Origin: a virus | Lineage: Duplodnaviria > Caudoviricetes | Virus record (IMG/VR): IMGVR_UViG_3300048851_000204 | Coordinates: 1-34,372 of that record | Length of the DNA: 34,372 nucleotides | Strand: one strand, 5' to 3' | In this document: positions 17,269 through 26,089 of the stretch, one piece after another | Layout: the number at the start of each line of letters is the position of its first letter | Numbering within the stretch: the stretch's first letter is position 1 | The notes under the pieces: generated by a model | What the model was told of the DNA's origin: nothing | Database searches by the model: none | The model's input: only the letters and a program-made list of their open reading frames with translations | Made by a program: the position numbers and the translations under genes

Positions 17269-17553
17269 TTAGGGTTTGGGAGCGACCTTGCGCTGCGGCA
17301 TGCGAATGCCCGTCGAGCCGTCGCCGGATGCGTCGGTGTAGCCGCCTTCATTCACGGCGCTGCGCTCGCTTCCAAACGTGTGCCGTACGGCCGGTACGCG
17401 CTCGGCAGGGTCCTTGCCCTTTTCGGACAGTGCTCCCGATGCCAGCAGGGTTGCAGCATCCGCCTCAGTCATCTCGCGAGTGTCGCCACGCGCATAGTCT
17501 TTGCCGTCGCCGTGCATCGCGCGGTGAACGGTGAATGTCTTCTTATCGGCCAT
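17269..17553 (-). CDS. Small capsid-associated protein
   Basis: AAGGAG RBS. FTV.R.M.GDGK.Y..GD.RE.TEA.A..L...G pattern, typical of small genes after HK97 capsid genes. Confidence 0.65.
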   Translation of the reverse strand: MADKKTFTVHRAMHGDGKDYARGDTREMTEADAATLLASGALSEKGKDPAERVPAVRHTFGSERSAVNEGGYTDASGDGSTGIRMPQRKVAPKP

Positions 17554-17572
17554 TGCTCGATACTCCTTGAAG

Positions 17573-17600
17573 CGAGGGCGGACACGATGGCCCGCCCTCG
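17573..17600 (-). terminator. Stem-loop after the major capsid gene (stabiliser or weak terminator)
   Basis: CGAGGGCGGG-N8-TCCGCCCTCG on the minus strand, with no clear U-tract. Confidence 0.4.
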
Positions 17601-17606
17601 TCATGG

Positions 17607-18815
17607 TCATGCGTTGGCGAAGGTGCCGTCGACGAACGCTTCCGGGCGGTACACGGTCAGCGCGAGGCGCTCCTCGGCGAGGATCGTCACCATGTTCTTC
17701 CGGAAGTTGTCACCATCCTCGGTCGAAACCAGCACGCCCGACTGCTCGCGATCGAAGAGCTGGGCGCCCATCTTCCACGCACCGACGGTGAATTCGCCCA
17801 CGGTCTGCGCCATCGACGGGACAACCGGCAGGCCCCAGAGGGTCGGCGCGATCGTGCCCTGCGGGTTGCCGATGAGGTAACGACCTTCGCCGTCCTTCAT
17901 CATCTCGATGATCGCCCAGTCGATCGGGTGCAGGACCTGGCCGTCGGCCGGGTACAGCGCTAGAGCAACCTGCAACTGAGCAATGCGCAGCTTGTCGATC
18001 ATCGACGGGGTAGCAAACCCGGTCAGGCCGGCAGGCACGGCATAGTCTGCAGCCTGCGGCTTGATGCCGGAAAGGTTCTGCCCGGTGCCGTCGCCCTTCA
18101 GCAGCTGCACGTCCTCGACGAACGCGAGCCCGTACCGGAGGCGGTTGTCGATCATCGAACGCAGGCCCGGGGCGTCGGCGAGGATCTCGGCCGACGCCAG
18201 GAACCAATGCGCGATCTTACGGACCGGCGCGTTCTTCAGATCGAGCTTCAGGGTGGACTCAGGCTTGAGCGTGCCCTCCGCCACCATGCCTGCGTTGTTG
18301 GTGAAGCCCGTCTCCTGGACGTACTCGATAGCGCTCGACGACGTTTGGCCGGCGGCAATCAGTGCGCAAACCGTCAGCTGTCGATCCGGCAGCGCCACCA
18401 TTGGTGACTGGACGCGCTCGGTCCGGACGAGATCGCCCGCCGATCCGTTGGCATCGGTCGAGAGCGAGGTGATTGCCTTGACCTCAATACCGACGTTCTG
18501 GCCGGCGCGCGCGCCATTCACGAAAGCGGTCTTGTAGGCATCGCTCTCGACGTACTGCTCGCCGATCGACTTGACCTCGGCCTCGCCCCGGCCGCCGCGG
18601 CGAACCATCTTCTGCTCCAGCTCGTCGAGGCGCGACTTGGTCTCGTTGAGGCCGGTCAGCGCCTGGTCGGCGAGTTCCTTGGCCGTGGCCGTCATCGGGA
18701 AGCCCTTCTCGGCTTCGGCGACCGCCTTCTCAGCGATGCCCTTCACCTCGTTGTGCTTGGTCTCGAACAGCGTTTTGATTTCGGCGATCATCTCGCCGGT
18801 CGTCTTCTCGGTCAT
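17607..18815 (-). CDS. Major capsid protein, HK97 fold
   Basis: N-terminal coiled-coil delta domain. VAEG.LKPES, KIAHW...S.EIL.DAP.L, LWGLPVV and NF.KNMVTILAEERLAL.V.RP.AFV motifs. Confidence 0.97.
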   Translation of the reverse strand: MTEKTTGEMIAEIKTLFETKHNEVKGIAEKAVAEAEKGFPMTATAKELADQALTGLNETKSRLDELEQKMVRRGGRGEAEVKSIGEQYVESDAYKTAFVNGARAGQNVGIEVKAITSLSTDANGSAGDLVRTERVQSPMVALPDRQLTVCALIAAGQTSSSAIEYVQETGFTNNAGMVAEGTLKPESTLKLDLKNAPVRKIAHWFLASAEILADAPGLRSMIDNRLRYGLAFVEDVQLLKGDGTGQNLSGIKPQAADYAVPAGLTGFATPSMIDKLRIAQLQVALALYPADGQVLHPIDWAIIEMMKDGEGRYLIGNPQGTIAPTLWGLPVVPSMAQTVGEFTVGAWKMGAQLFDREQSGVLVSTEDGDNFRKNMVTILAEERLALTVYRPEAFVDGTFANA

Positions 18816-18843
18816 TATTTGCCCTTTCGGCAGAGAGGATTGA

Positions 18844-19464
18844 TTAGCCGCGCAGGTCCCGCAGGAGCTGCTCGAGCTCGTCGATCGCCTTCGCCTCGGG
18901 ATCCCCCCGAAGATGCGGCGTTGCCCTGGACGCGATTGCTGCGGCCACGGACTTGGAGAAGCCGCCTGCATCCCGCAGGAACTCCTCGAACTGTCGGACG
19001 GTCGGCTGTTCGCCGCCTCCCAGAATATCCTTGATGCTCAGAATGCGGGTGCGATTGTGCATCGGCACCGTGACCAGTGAGATTTCGTGCAGCCCGACCT
19101 GCAACAGGTGACGAGCCTTAGCCTCCAGCCGGTGCTTCAGCGTGATGAAGCCCATCGAAAGCCCAGAGATCGCGCCGGACTTCACGTCCTCGCGCGCCTC
19201 TCGGCCCGCGACCGACGTTGAAAAGCGGCCCTTCACGTGCAGCCCTTCGGGCCGTTCGGTGAACTCCGTCCAGACGCCGACCGGCCGCTTACGATCATGG
19301 TGCAGCAGCATGGGAAGGGACTTCCGGCCCTCGAGCAAAACCGCGCCGGGGTGGACGACATCGCCCCCGTGATCGACATCGCCGTAGCCAACGGCCAAGC
19401 CCTCGATGTTGCCGTCCTCGTCAACCGCCTTGGCGTCGAGAAGGAAATCAAGCTCGTCCATCAT
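18844..19464 (-). CDS. HK97-family prohead protease
   Basis: EG.A..YG.VD.GGD, MLLHHD, GLSMGF and EISLVTVPM motifs. Confidence 0.95.
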   Translation of the reverse strand: MMDELDFLLDAKAVDEDGNIEGLAVGYGDVDHGGDVVHPGAVLLEGRKSLPMLLHHDRKRPVGVWTEFTERPEGLHVKGRFSTSVAGREAREDVKSGAISGLSMGFITLKHRLEAKARHLLQVGLHEISLVTVPMHNRTRILSIKDILGGGEQPTVRQFEEFLRDAGGFSKSVAAAIASRATPHLRGDPEAKAIDELEQLLRDLRG

Positions 19465-20747
19465 TACGCTCCTGTCGGCTGCGGCACGACGTCAGTGATC
19501 GGTAGATCCTGCATCTGCTTGTAGATGACGTCGCCGCCTGGCACTGGTGCCCAGCCTTCGAGGGCGCGCACCTGGTTGACCGTCATGAAAGGCTGCATGT
19601 TCTTGTAAAACTCGGAGCGGCCCTTGCTGTCAGCGCGCAGGAAGGCTTCGACGTTAAATCGGATGGCGACACCTGCGGCTCGATCAGCCCGTGACAGAAG
19701 CTGCTTTGAGAGGGCGCCTTCGATCCGCTTCAGCCGTTTGCGCATCTTGAACTTCAGGACCGACAGGGTCTGATCGGCGATGCTTGACCCAAGCGATGAA
19801 TTGCCCTGCGTCTGTCCGACAAGATGCGGGTCGACCTCAAAGACGCGGCAGATTTCTTCGACCGAAAAGCGCCGGCTTTCCAGCATCTCAGCATCATTCG
19901 GATCGATCGAAAGCTGTTCCCACTTTAGCCCGTTATCGAGCAGCATGGGACGTCCGGCGTTCTGCGCGCCGACGAACTTCTCCTGCAGCAGCTGCTCGGC
20001 AAGGCTCCGCTGGTCTCCCGTTAGCGGCTTGTCGGTGGACAGGACCCCGGAAGTGCGAACGCCGTTTGCAAACATCGTCGACGCGGCGCGGTCAACCGCG
20101 AGGGCTGACGTGAACGCCTGCCGACAAGCCGCCAGCGGTGAGACGCTTCCGAGAGGCCCGCCGCCGAAGCCGCGGATGTGCAGCATGTCGCCCTGCAGAA
20201 CCTCATGACGACCGCCACCGTCTTTCCAGGTATAGAGCAATTCCCCCGTCGAGATGCGGCGAACGCCGACCAGGTCGGGCGGAATCGGCGTAAGCGAAAC
20301 AATGAAACCATCGTCTCGCCGTGCGATTTCAGCATAGGCGTTGCCGCGAAGCTCGATGCTTGCGACCATGAACTCCCAGAAGTCGAACGCGGATTGATCG
20401 TAATTCGGGCTGTCGTGCAGCAGCCAGTAGAGCGGGTGCGACGGGTCATCGACTGCGACGCCACCTTCGCCGCGGCGCTGCACCGTCAGCGGTAGAGAGG
20501 CGATGTTGCCCGCCCAGAAGCTGACGCATGCCCAAGTCGCAGACAGCCCGATCGCATGCCTTACCGCGCCGTTGCCGTCGTCATGCCGCTCCAGCGTGAT
20601 CTTGTTGGTGCGAAAGTTGTCACCATCCTGCCGCCCGGCTTCCAGGCCAGTGACGGTGATGTCCTTCCGCTCCAGCACCGCAACGCGGCTGCCTGCATAA
20701 GTGGCCTCGGCAAGTGCAGCGCGACGCGAGAGTGCGTAACCCGTCAC
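19464..20747 (-). CDS. Portal protein, HK97 family
   Basis: WACV......IASLPL, LRGNAYA, DMLHIRGF and D.EMLESRRFSVEEICR.F.V.P motifs. Confidence 0.96.
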   Translation of the reverse strand: MTGYALSRRAALAEATYAGSRVAVLERKDITVTGLEAGRQDGDNFRTNKITLERHDDGNGAVRHAIGLSATWACVSFWAGNIASLPLTVQRRGEGGVAVDDPSHPLYWLLHDSPNYDQSAFDFWEFMVASIELRGNAYAEIARRDDGFIVSLTPIPPDLVGVRRISTGELLYTWKDGGGRHEVLQGDMLHIRGFGGGPLGSVSPLAACRQAFTSALAVDRAASTMFANGVRTSGVLSTDKPLTGDQRSLAEQLLQEKFVGAQNAGRPMLLDNGLKWEQLSIDPNDAEMLESRRFSVEEICRVFEVDPHLVGQTQGNSSLGSSIADQTLSVLKFKMRKRLKRIEGALSKQLLSRADRAAGVAIRFNVEAFLRADSKGRSEFYKNMQPFMTVNQVRALEGWAPVPGGDVIYKQMQDLPITDVVPQPTGA

Positions 20748-22546
20748 GCGGCCAGGCTCGCAAGCCAGTCGTCAACGCCGGTCGCCACCGGCATCTGGAT
20801 GGGTGCCATCGCGTTGATCGTAGAATCGACGCCATCGATCTTGTTCATCGACATGGGCGTCTCCTTCTTCGGTAGAATTGAGCCGTCGATGCGCCGGGTG
20901 ACGACTGCGTTGCCGACGCACCACGTCATCACCGGATTGCCATCGTGCCGCAGCAGATGCGGGCCGCCGATCACGCGAGCTTCGAGGTTCCGCGCCGGGT
21001 CCGTCACCGACTTGGCGGACTTGTGAAGGATAGAGGCGAATGCCTCGCCGCCGTCGTCGAAATCCTCGTTCAACCTTGAGGCCATCGTTTCAGCCGCGGC
21101 GAAATGGTCGAACGTGGCACGGCGAACGCGAAGAACCTTTTGCAACCTGCGGATGCGGCGCTCGATAACCGCCTGGTCTACCCAGTCTCCTGCGGTCGTC
21201 TTCAGGTGGCCGCTCGCCTTCCACTGCCGATAGAGTGTCGCGTTGTTCCGGTCGGTCTGCCCGTCGCGCGTCAGAACAGCTTCGGGCAGGTAGAACCACG
21301 TCTTGACGAGAAGGCAGTCGTTCTCGTCGATCGCGACCAGCGACAGCGCCGTCATGTCGCTCTTGTGAGCGAGATCGGCGCCGATGTAGCAGTCGAGCCC
21401 GCGGAAGTCGGACAGACGAAGCGAGCGATCGGTGCAGGCGATCCATTGCGGAACAGAAAGCCAGGCCGATGCAGCCGACATCCACCGGTTGAGGCGCTTG
21501 GTGAAGAACTCGCCTTCCTCGCCCGGGGCTCCCTTCGCCTTGACCGCCAGCCGGCGCATCGACGAGATGCTCGGCGTGACAGGCATCAGCGGGTTCGCCT
21601 TCGGCCAGTTCTTTTCGTCGTACGGATCGTCGCCGACCGTCCGCTCTGGCGTGAAGTCCTTCGGACCGTCGAGGGTGAAGATGATACCGAAGACGTGGTC
21701 GGCGACGATCGCGCCTTCCAGCATCTTGGTCGAAAAGGTTCGCTGCTCGTAGCAGACGCCGTCCAGAATGTAGCCGGCCGTCGTGATCTTCCAATACAGC
21801 GGATTGCGGCGCGCACCGTCGGCGGAATGGATCACGTCGTAGAGGCCGCGGTCCTTATGCGCGTGCAGTTCGTCGAGGACGGCGAGGTGCGGGTTGTGCC
21901 CGTCCTGCGTTGCCGACTTCGAGTTGATCGTCTGGATCGTCCCGCCGTTGACGTCGCAGGTGATCGCGCGGGCCCATGCGTGCAGCCCGAAGGCCTCCTG
22001 AAGGTCCGGCGTCTTCTGCACCATGAGCTTCGCGGGATTGAAGACCTTCTGCGCCTGGGCGCCCGTGGTAGCACCGATCAGCACCAGCGGCCCCGGCTCG
22101 TCCTCGCAGGTCGTGCAGTAGAGCACCACGCCTGCGGTCAACGTCGACTTCGCGCCTTTGCGAGCCATCTCGATATAGGTGTCGGTGAACCGGCGCAGGC
22201 CGGTCGCCTTGTCCCGCCAGCCGAACACCATCGCGAGGATGAAGATCTGCGCCGGCTCGAGTGTGAGCGTCGGGGTTTCCCACTTGCCCTCTACGTGCGG
22301 AAGGCCCTCGATAAAGTCGCAGACGTCGTTCGCATGCCAGGGGTCGAACTTGAACGGCCAGTCCTTCTGCTTCGACCGCTTGAGGTCGTCGAGATGACGC
22401 TGCCCGGCAAGGCGAACCCACTTGCAGTGATTGACCTGTTTCTTGTCCGCTGCCGCCGCCCTTGCATAGGCGAGTGCAATGGCAGCAAAGTCACGCGCGG
22501 GCGCGGGCGCCGTTGCGGGCAAAGCGGTTTGTCGACTTGCTGACAT
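20744..22546 (-). CDS. terL: Terminase large subunit
   Basis: RRF...YIEMARKGAKST (Walker A), AVLDELH (Walker B), ITTAG, GADLA...D and KIDG nuclease motifs. Start may be 22546 or 22558. Confidence 0.96.
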   Translation of the reverse strand: MSASRQTALPATAPAPARDFAAIALAYARAAAADKKQVNHCKWVRLAGQRHLDDLKRSKQKDWPFKFDPWHANDVCDFIEGLPHVEGKWETPTLTLEPAQIFILAMVFGWRDKATGLRRFTDTYIEMARKGAKSTLTAGVVLYCTTCEDEPGPLVLIGATTGAQAQKVFNPAKLMVQKTPDLQEAFGLHAWARAITCDVNGGTIQTINSKSATQDGHNPHLAVLDELHAHKDRGLYDVIHSADGARRNPLYWKITTAGYILDGVCYEQRTFSTKMLEGAIVADHVFGIIFTLDGPKDFTPERTVGDDPYDEKNWPKANPLMPVTPSISSMRRLAVKAKGAPGEEGEFFTKRLNRWMSAASAWLSVPQWIACTDRSLRLSDFRGLDCYIGADLAHKSDMTALSLVAIDENDCLLVKTWFYLPEAVLTRDGQTDRNNATLYRQWKASGHLKTTAGDWVDQAVIERRIRRLQKVLRVRRATFDHFAAAETMASRLNEDFDDGGEAFASILHKSAKSVTDPARNLEARVIGGPHLLRHDGNPVMTWCVGNAVVTRRIDGSILPKKETPMSMNKIDGVDSTINAMAPIQMPVATGVDDWLASLAA

Positions 22547-22913
22547 CGGCACCCCCACCGCCGATCCGGCTCTTCGGTCCTGCGATCCGCAGAAGCTCCT
22601 CCATCTGGCGGAGGTTCGTCAGGTACGCAGCGGACGGCAGTTCGCCGTCCTTGGCACCGAAGGCAGCACGCACCTCCGCCTCCAGCGCACAGTACCGCGC
22701 GAGCAAGTTGCTATCGGCCTCGGTCACCCCCGCCGCCATCACGCGGCCGATGACATCTTGCCAAACCTCGATCGCGGCAGAGCTAAGATAATCTGGCCGG
22801 ACTGGCGGATCGCCGGGAACGACGATCTCGGTCTTCACGCCGTCGCGGATCGGTTGAAACGTGCCGCGGGCCAGCTTTGTGCTGGGCGTCTCTGGCTTGG
22901 GTCCTGGCTTCAT
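22491..22913 (-). CDS. terS: Terminase small subunit (P27-like)
   Basis: GPKP.....K.ARGT, P.YLS..A..VW and D..LLARYC motifs. Directly upstream of terL. Confidence 0.85.
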   Translation of the reverse strand: MKPGPKPETPSTKLARGTFQPIRDGVKTEIVVPGDPPVRPDYLSSAAIEVWQDVIGRVMAAGVTEADSNLLARYCALEAEVRAAFGAKDGELPSAAYLTNLRQMEELLRIAGPKSRIGGGGADVSKSTNRFARNGARARA

Positions 22914-23082
22914 GCGCCGGCCTCCTAAAGTTTAATGCGGCCCCGAGGTTTAATCTGCACGCGCTAAAAAAAGACTCCATCACCGGTCCCCAAGGCGATG
23001 CGCTCCGGACTTCTACATACCCCCCGGGGACTCGGCCCGTGCCGATGCAGTCGTGCGCGATGACGCAACATTCGTGCGCCTG
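22914..23082 (-). other. Probable cos / packaging-initiation region
   Basis: Intergenic between HNH and terS, the usual cos location in HK97-like phages. Minus strand reads CCCCGGGGGGT...GAAGT...GGACCG...TTTTTTT. Exact cut site not determinable. Confidence 0.55.
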
Positions 23083-23409
23083 TCACCGAGGATGACGTTG
23101 CCGCCCTCGACGCGCCTCCTTGCCGGTCTTGATAACGTCGCACGGCTTGCACAGGCCCTGGTAGTTGCCACGCTCGTTCCCGCCGCCTTCAGCCTTAGGG
23201 ATGATGTGGTCGGCGATCTCGGTCGCAGCATACCGACCTTGCTCCAGGCATAGGCGGCAGAGCGGTTCCTCACGCATCACGCGGGCACGCATCAGGTCGT
23301 GGTCTCGTCCATATCCACGGGACTGGCGGGACTCGCGCCTCGTCCAGTTCGAGAGCTTGCGTGCGGGCTTAGTCTTGCGTGCCTTGAGGTTCGGCGGGCG
23401 GCTGGGCAT
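23083..23409 (-). CDS. HNH endonuclease (terminase-associated, HK97 gp74-like)
   Basis: RGYG, EPLC..C, DHIIP..EGG and N.QGLCKPC motifs. Adjacent to cos and terS. Confidence 0.9.
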   Translation of the reverse strand: MPSRPPNLKARKTKPARKLSNWTRRESRQSRGYGRDHDLMRARVMREEPLCRLCLEQGRYAATEIADHIIPKAEGGGNERGNYQGLCKPCDVIKTGKEARRGRQRHPR

Positions 23410-23452
23410 CGGTACAGTCCTCCCGTACGCTGAGCCCCGGCGCCAAGGAGGA

Positions 23453-23716
23453 TCAGGTGGTCTCGGGCTCAACCTTCCCCAAGCTGATGCCGTCGTAGAG
23501 ATCCAACAGCGCGTTCACTTCGGCGATGACCACCTCAGCCTCAGCGCGGTGGCGAGCGGTTGCGTCGTGGAAAGGAACACCGTTCCTGCCGTCGTGAACG
23601 GTGTAGCCGGTGTCGAACAACCAGATGGCGTCAGCCGCACGCGCCCGTTGCCGACGCAGGTGATAGACCCACTGCTCAATGATGCCCGAAGGCACCAGCC
23701 GTTCTAACTCGCCCAT
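23453..23716 (-). CDS. Hypothetical protein
   Basis: 87-aa ORF with AGGT upstream, co-oriented with the late operon. Confidence 0.55.
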   Translation of the reverse strand: MGELERLVPSGIIEQWVYHLRRQRARAADAIWLFDTGYTVHDGRNGVPFHDATARHRAEAEVVIAEVNALLDLYDGISLGKVEPETT

Positions 23717-23807
23717 GCGGCGGGCCGTACCTAATCACCGGCGTTGGGGCTACAATCAAGACGATGGAATAGAGTGCAATCGCAGTAACATAGAGCAAGA
23801 TGCAAGT

Positions 23808-23999
23808 TTAACCGCCTGACCTCTTGTTACCACGGACGGCAGCTCGCAGATCCTGCGCCGCCTGCTCAACGTCCTCGATTAACCGGTCGCTACGGCCATG
23901 ATGGCGTGATCCACCGACCATATCCTCGGCGATGCGCAGCTCTCGCATGCCGATCGCCTCGATCATGTCAGCGGTGGTAGGTTTGCAGCGAGCAGGCAT
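23808..23999 (-). CDS. Hypothetical protein (63 aa)
   Basis: GGAGG RBS before MPARCKPTT. Helical composition. Confidence 0.5.
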   Translation of the reverse strand: MPARCKPTTADMIEAIGMRELRIAEDMVGGSRHHGRSDRLIEDVEQAAQDLRAAVRGNKRSGG

Positions 24000-24196
24000 C
24001 CGACCTCCAGAACCGGCCATCGTTCTTTCACGATTGCGCCACATGTCAGCCACATCCGAAGAGCACAAACCACTTGGCGATGGTCGACGACTACCGCCGA
24101 CTTCGTACGATGCTGGGCCGTGCAATCTTTCACACGGACACGCGGTCCAGCTACGAGGTTATCCTTTCGGTAATTCATCGGTGCGATCGTCGGACG

Positions 24197-24529
24197 ATGG
24201 ACTATCGCACGTACCGTCGTGAACAGCAGCGCGACGCCGCCGAGCAGCGACGCAACAGGCTCGGGCAGATGTCTTTCGGTAAGCAGGTCGGCATGGGAAT
24301 GGCGACCGTGGGCATTGTTACGTTCCTCGCCGCGCCATCACTACAGTCGGCGTGGGCGGGGTTTACCGCATCGCCCGAGGAGAGGCAGCGCGTCGAGCGG
24401 TCCGTGTACTATGCTGGCTGCGATGAGGCGCGCGCTGCGGGTGTGGCGCCAATCGATCGCGGGACACCTGGCTACCGGACGGAAATGGACGGCGACAGCG
24501 ATGGCATCGCATGTGAGCCTGTTCCCTGA
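24197..24529 (+). CDS. Membrane-anchored Excalibur calcium-binding domain protein
   Basis: One TM segment, then YY.GC.EARAAG.API.RG.PGYR..MDGDSDGIACE (Excalibur DxDxDG..CE). Confidence 0.88.
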   Translation: MDYRTYRREQQRDAAEQRRNRLGQMSFGKQVGMGMATVGIVTFLAAPSLQSAWAGFTASPEERQRVERSVYYAGCDEARAAGVAPIDRGTPGYRTEMDGDSDGIACEPVP

Positions 24530-24638
24530 ACCTCACCATACCGTAGGACAATCGCCCGAGCACCCTTGCGGGCCTCTGCGTTGGGGGACGAGGGCAGTAA
24601 GGCGAAATCGCCAGCCGGTCACGCTCGTCGCGGGCTGC

Positions 24639-25208
24639 TCAAGCAGCGGATGCTAAATCAGATACGAGGTGCGAGCGCAGATGTAAAGTCTCGACCTTGA
24701 TCTCCTGCGCTCGGCCGAACAGCGAGACTGACAGCGTGGTCGTCAGCCCATCGCTCAGCTCGACGTACGCCTCGAACCCGGTGAAAGCGCCACTGGTGAT
24801 CTTCACCGTATCCCCGTGCTCGAACGCCTGCCCTCGCGGTTTGCCCGGTGCCCGTCCGCTCGCCGGCAGCGCGCTGCGGTAGCTGTCTTGCTGACGCTCG
24901 CGGAGCGCGGCCAGCTCGCCGTGCCGCACGAACACCGTCTCACCGTAATACCGGAAGATCGAGAACCGCGGGTGAGGCGAAACGTCGAGACGCTCGATCT
25001 GCTTGAGGTCGTCCAGATGGACGGCCCGCACGAAGGCGTAGGTCGGCGCGAGTGGCACAATCCGGTGCTCGGTCGACTTGCAGCGCGGGACGCGTCGGCG
25101 AACGTGCTCGGTCGGTGTCCAGACGGCGAAGCCCGCGTCCTGCAGCGACGCCACGAGGCGCAACGTCCCAGGACCCGACGTGCGCAGGATGCACCAGCCA
25201 CCCGCCAT
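24639..25208 (-). CDS. NusG/RfaH-family transcription antiterminator (Q position)
   Basis: N-terminal W.ILRT...PL.P.Y.FV NGN domain. C-terminal KOW motif GDTVKITSGAFTGF and V.LFGR. Confidence 0.88.
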   Translation of the reverse strand: MAGGWCILRTSGPGTLRLVASLQDAGFAVWTPTEHVRRRVPRCKSTEHRIVPLAPTYAFVRAVHLDDLKQIERLDVSPHPRFSIFRYYGETVFVRHGELAALRERQQDSYRSALPASGRAPGKPRGQAFEHGDTVKITSGAFTGFEAYVELSDGLTTTLSVSLFGRAQEIKVETLHLRSHLVSDLASAA

Positions 25209-26089
25209 CAAACCATCTCCTGTGGCAGACTCAGGTCAGCGGGCGGCCCAGGTATTGCCATCCGCCGGTAACGCTCCGCGGTTGACCGGCTAGCCTCCCG
25301 AGCCTCGTCCTGCGCTGCGACCTTTGTTCGCAACCTGGCTTCGATCCACGACACGGGCTCAGCTCGGCCGGCAGCGCTGAGCAACGCTGCGTTCGTCGCC
25401 TCCTCGCCGTGAGCGTGGTACCACTTGGCGATCAGCCCCCGGGCCGACTTGGCCGACAGCCCCGCTTCCCCCAGCAACGCCACGCCAGCGTCGAACAAAG
25501 CCTTTTTCGGATCGCTCGGCGACGCGACAGCGTCAGTAGATTTATCTACTGAACTATCTCCTCCCTCCTTCCTCTGGCGGGACTTTTCCCCACCGGTGGG
25601 GAACTGGTTCCCCACCGCTTCCCCATTCGCACCCCCTTTACGGGGCCTCGGTTCCCCACTGGCTTTGGTTGAAGGGGGGGTGAGTTCCCCACTCGGCGTA
25701 GCTGAAGGGGTATCGAGTTCCCCACCGTCGCGTGTTGAACGGGCCTCAGTGTTCACCCAGTTCCGAACCGCTTCCGTCTGCGGGTAGGTCGAGTTCGGCT
25801 TTTTCGGGCGCTGGTATTGGCAAAAATTCCGGACCGCGCCGTAGCGCTTGCCGCCGACCTCGTACGACATCACGCAGCGTGCATCGGCCAGCTCTTCGAG
25901 CAATGCGACCGCGTCGACGCTGTCGGCCGGCAGGAGCCGCATCTTGAGCTTCACCGGCGACCAGTCGAACGAGCCCATGTCGTCGCACTCGTTCCAGATG
26001 CCGAGGAACAGGAGCCGCGCGAATGGTGACAGCGAGACATAGGTCTCGTCGGTCCAGAGGCCGGGATGGATCGATCGAATACGCGCCAT
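25208..26089 (-). CDS. Replication initiator protein (lambda O-analogue)
   Basis: MARIRSIHP..WTDE....LS..ARLLF.G.W...DD.G family pattern. Low-complexity linker contains iterons. TAATG coupling to the helicase gene. Confidence 0.75.
   Translation of the reverse strand: MARIRSIHPGLWTDETYVSLSPFARLLFLGIWNECDDMGSFDWSPVKLKMRLLPADSVDAVALLEELADARCVMSYEVGGKRYGAVRNFCQYQRPKKPNSTYPQTEAVRNWVNTEARSTRDGGELDTPSATPSGELTPPSTKASGEPRPRKGGANGEAVGNQFPTGGEKSRQRKEGGDSSVDKSTDAVASPSDPKKALFDAGVALLGEAGLSAKSARGLIAKWYHAHGEEATNAALLSAAGRAEPVSWIEARLRTKVAAQDEAREASRSTAERYRRMAIPGPPADLSLPQEMV
25535..25725. repeat. Iterons / probable replication origin
   Basis: GTTCCCCAC at 25651, 25684 and 25717 (33-bp period). TTCCCCA(C/T) at 25586, 25608 and 25619, an inverted copy at 25596, and AT-rich AGTAGA-TTTA-TCTACT at 25535-25550. 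Confidence 0.75.

Noticed and set aside
21104-22543. 479-aa + strand ORF (likewise 5735-6754, 16617-17534 and 4416-5204)
   Set aside because: These are antisense shadows of well-supported genes, expected in high-GC DNA.
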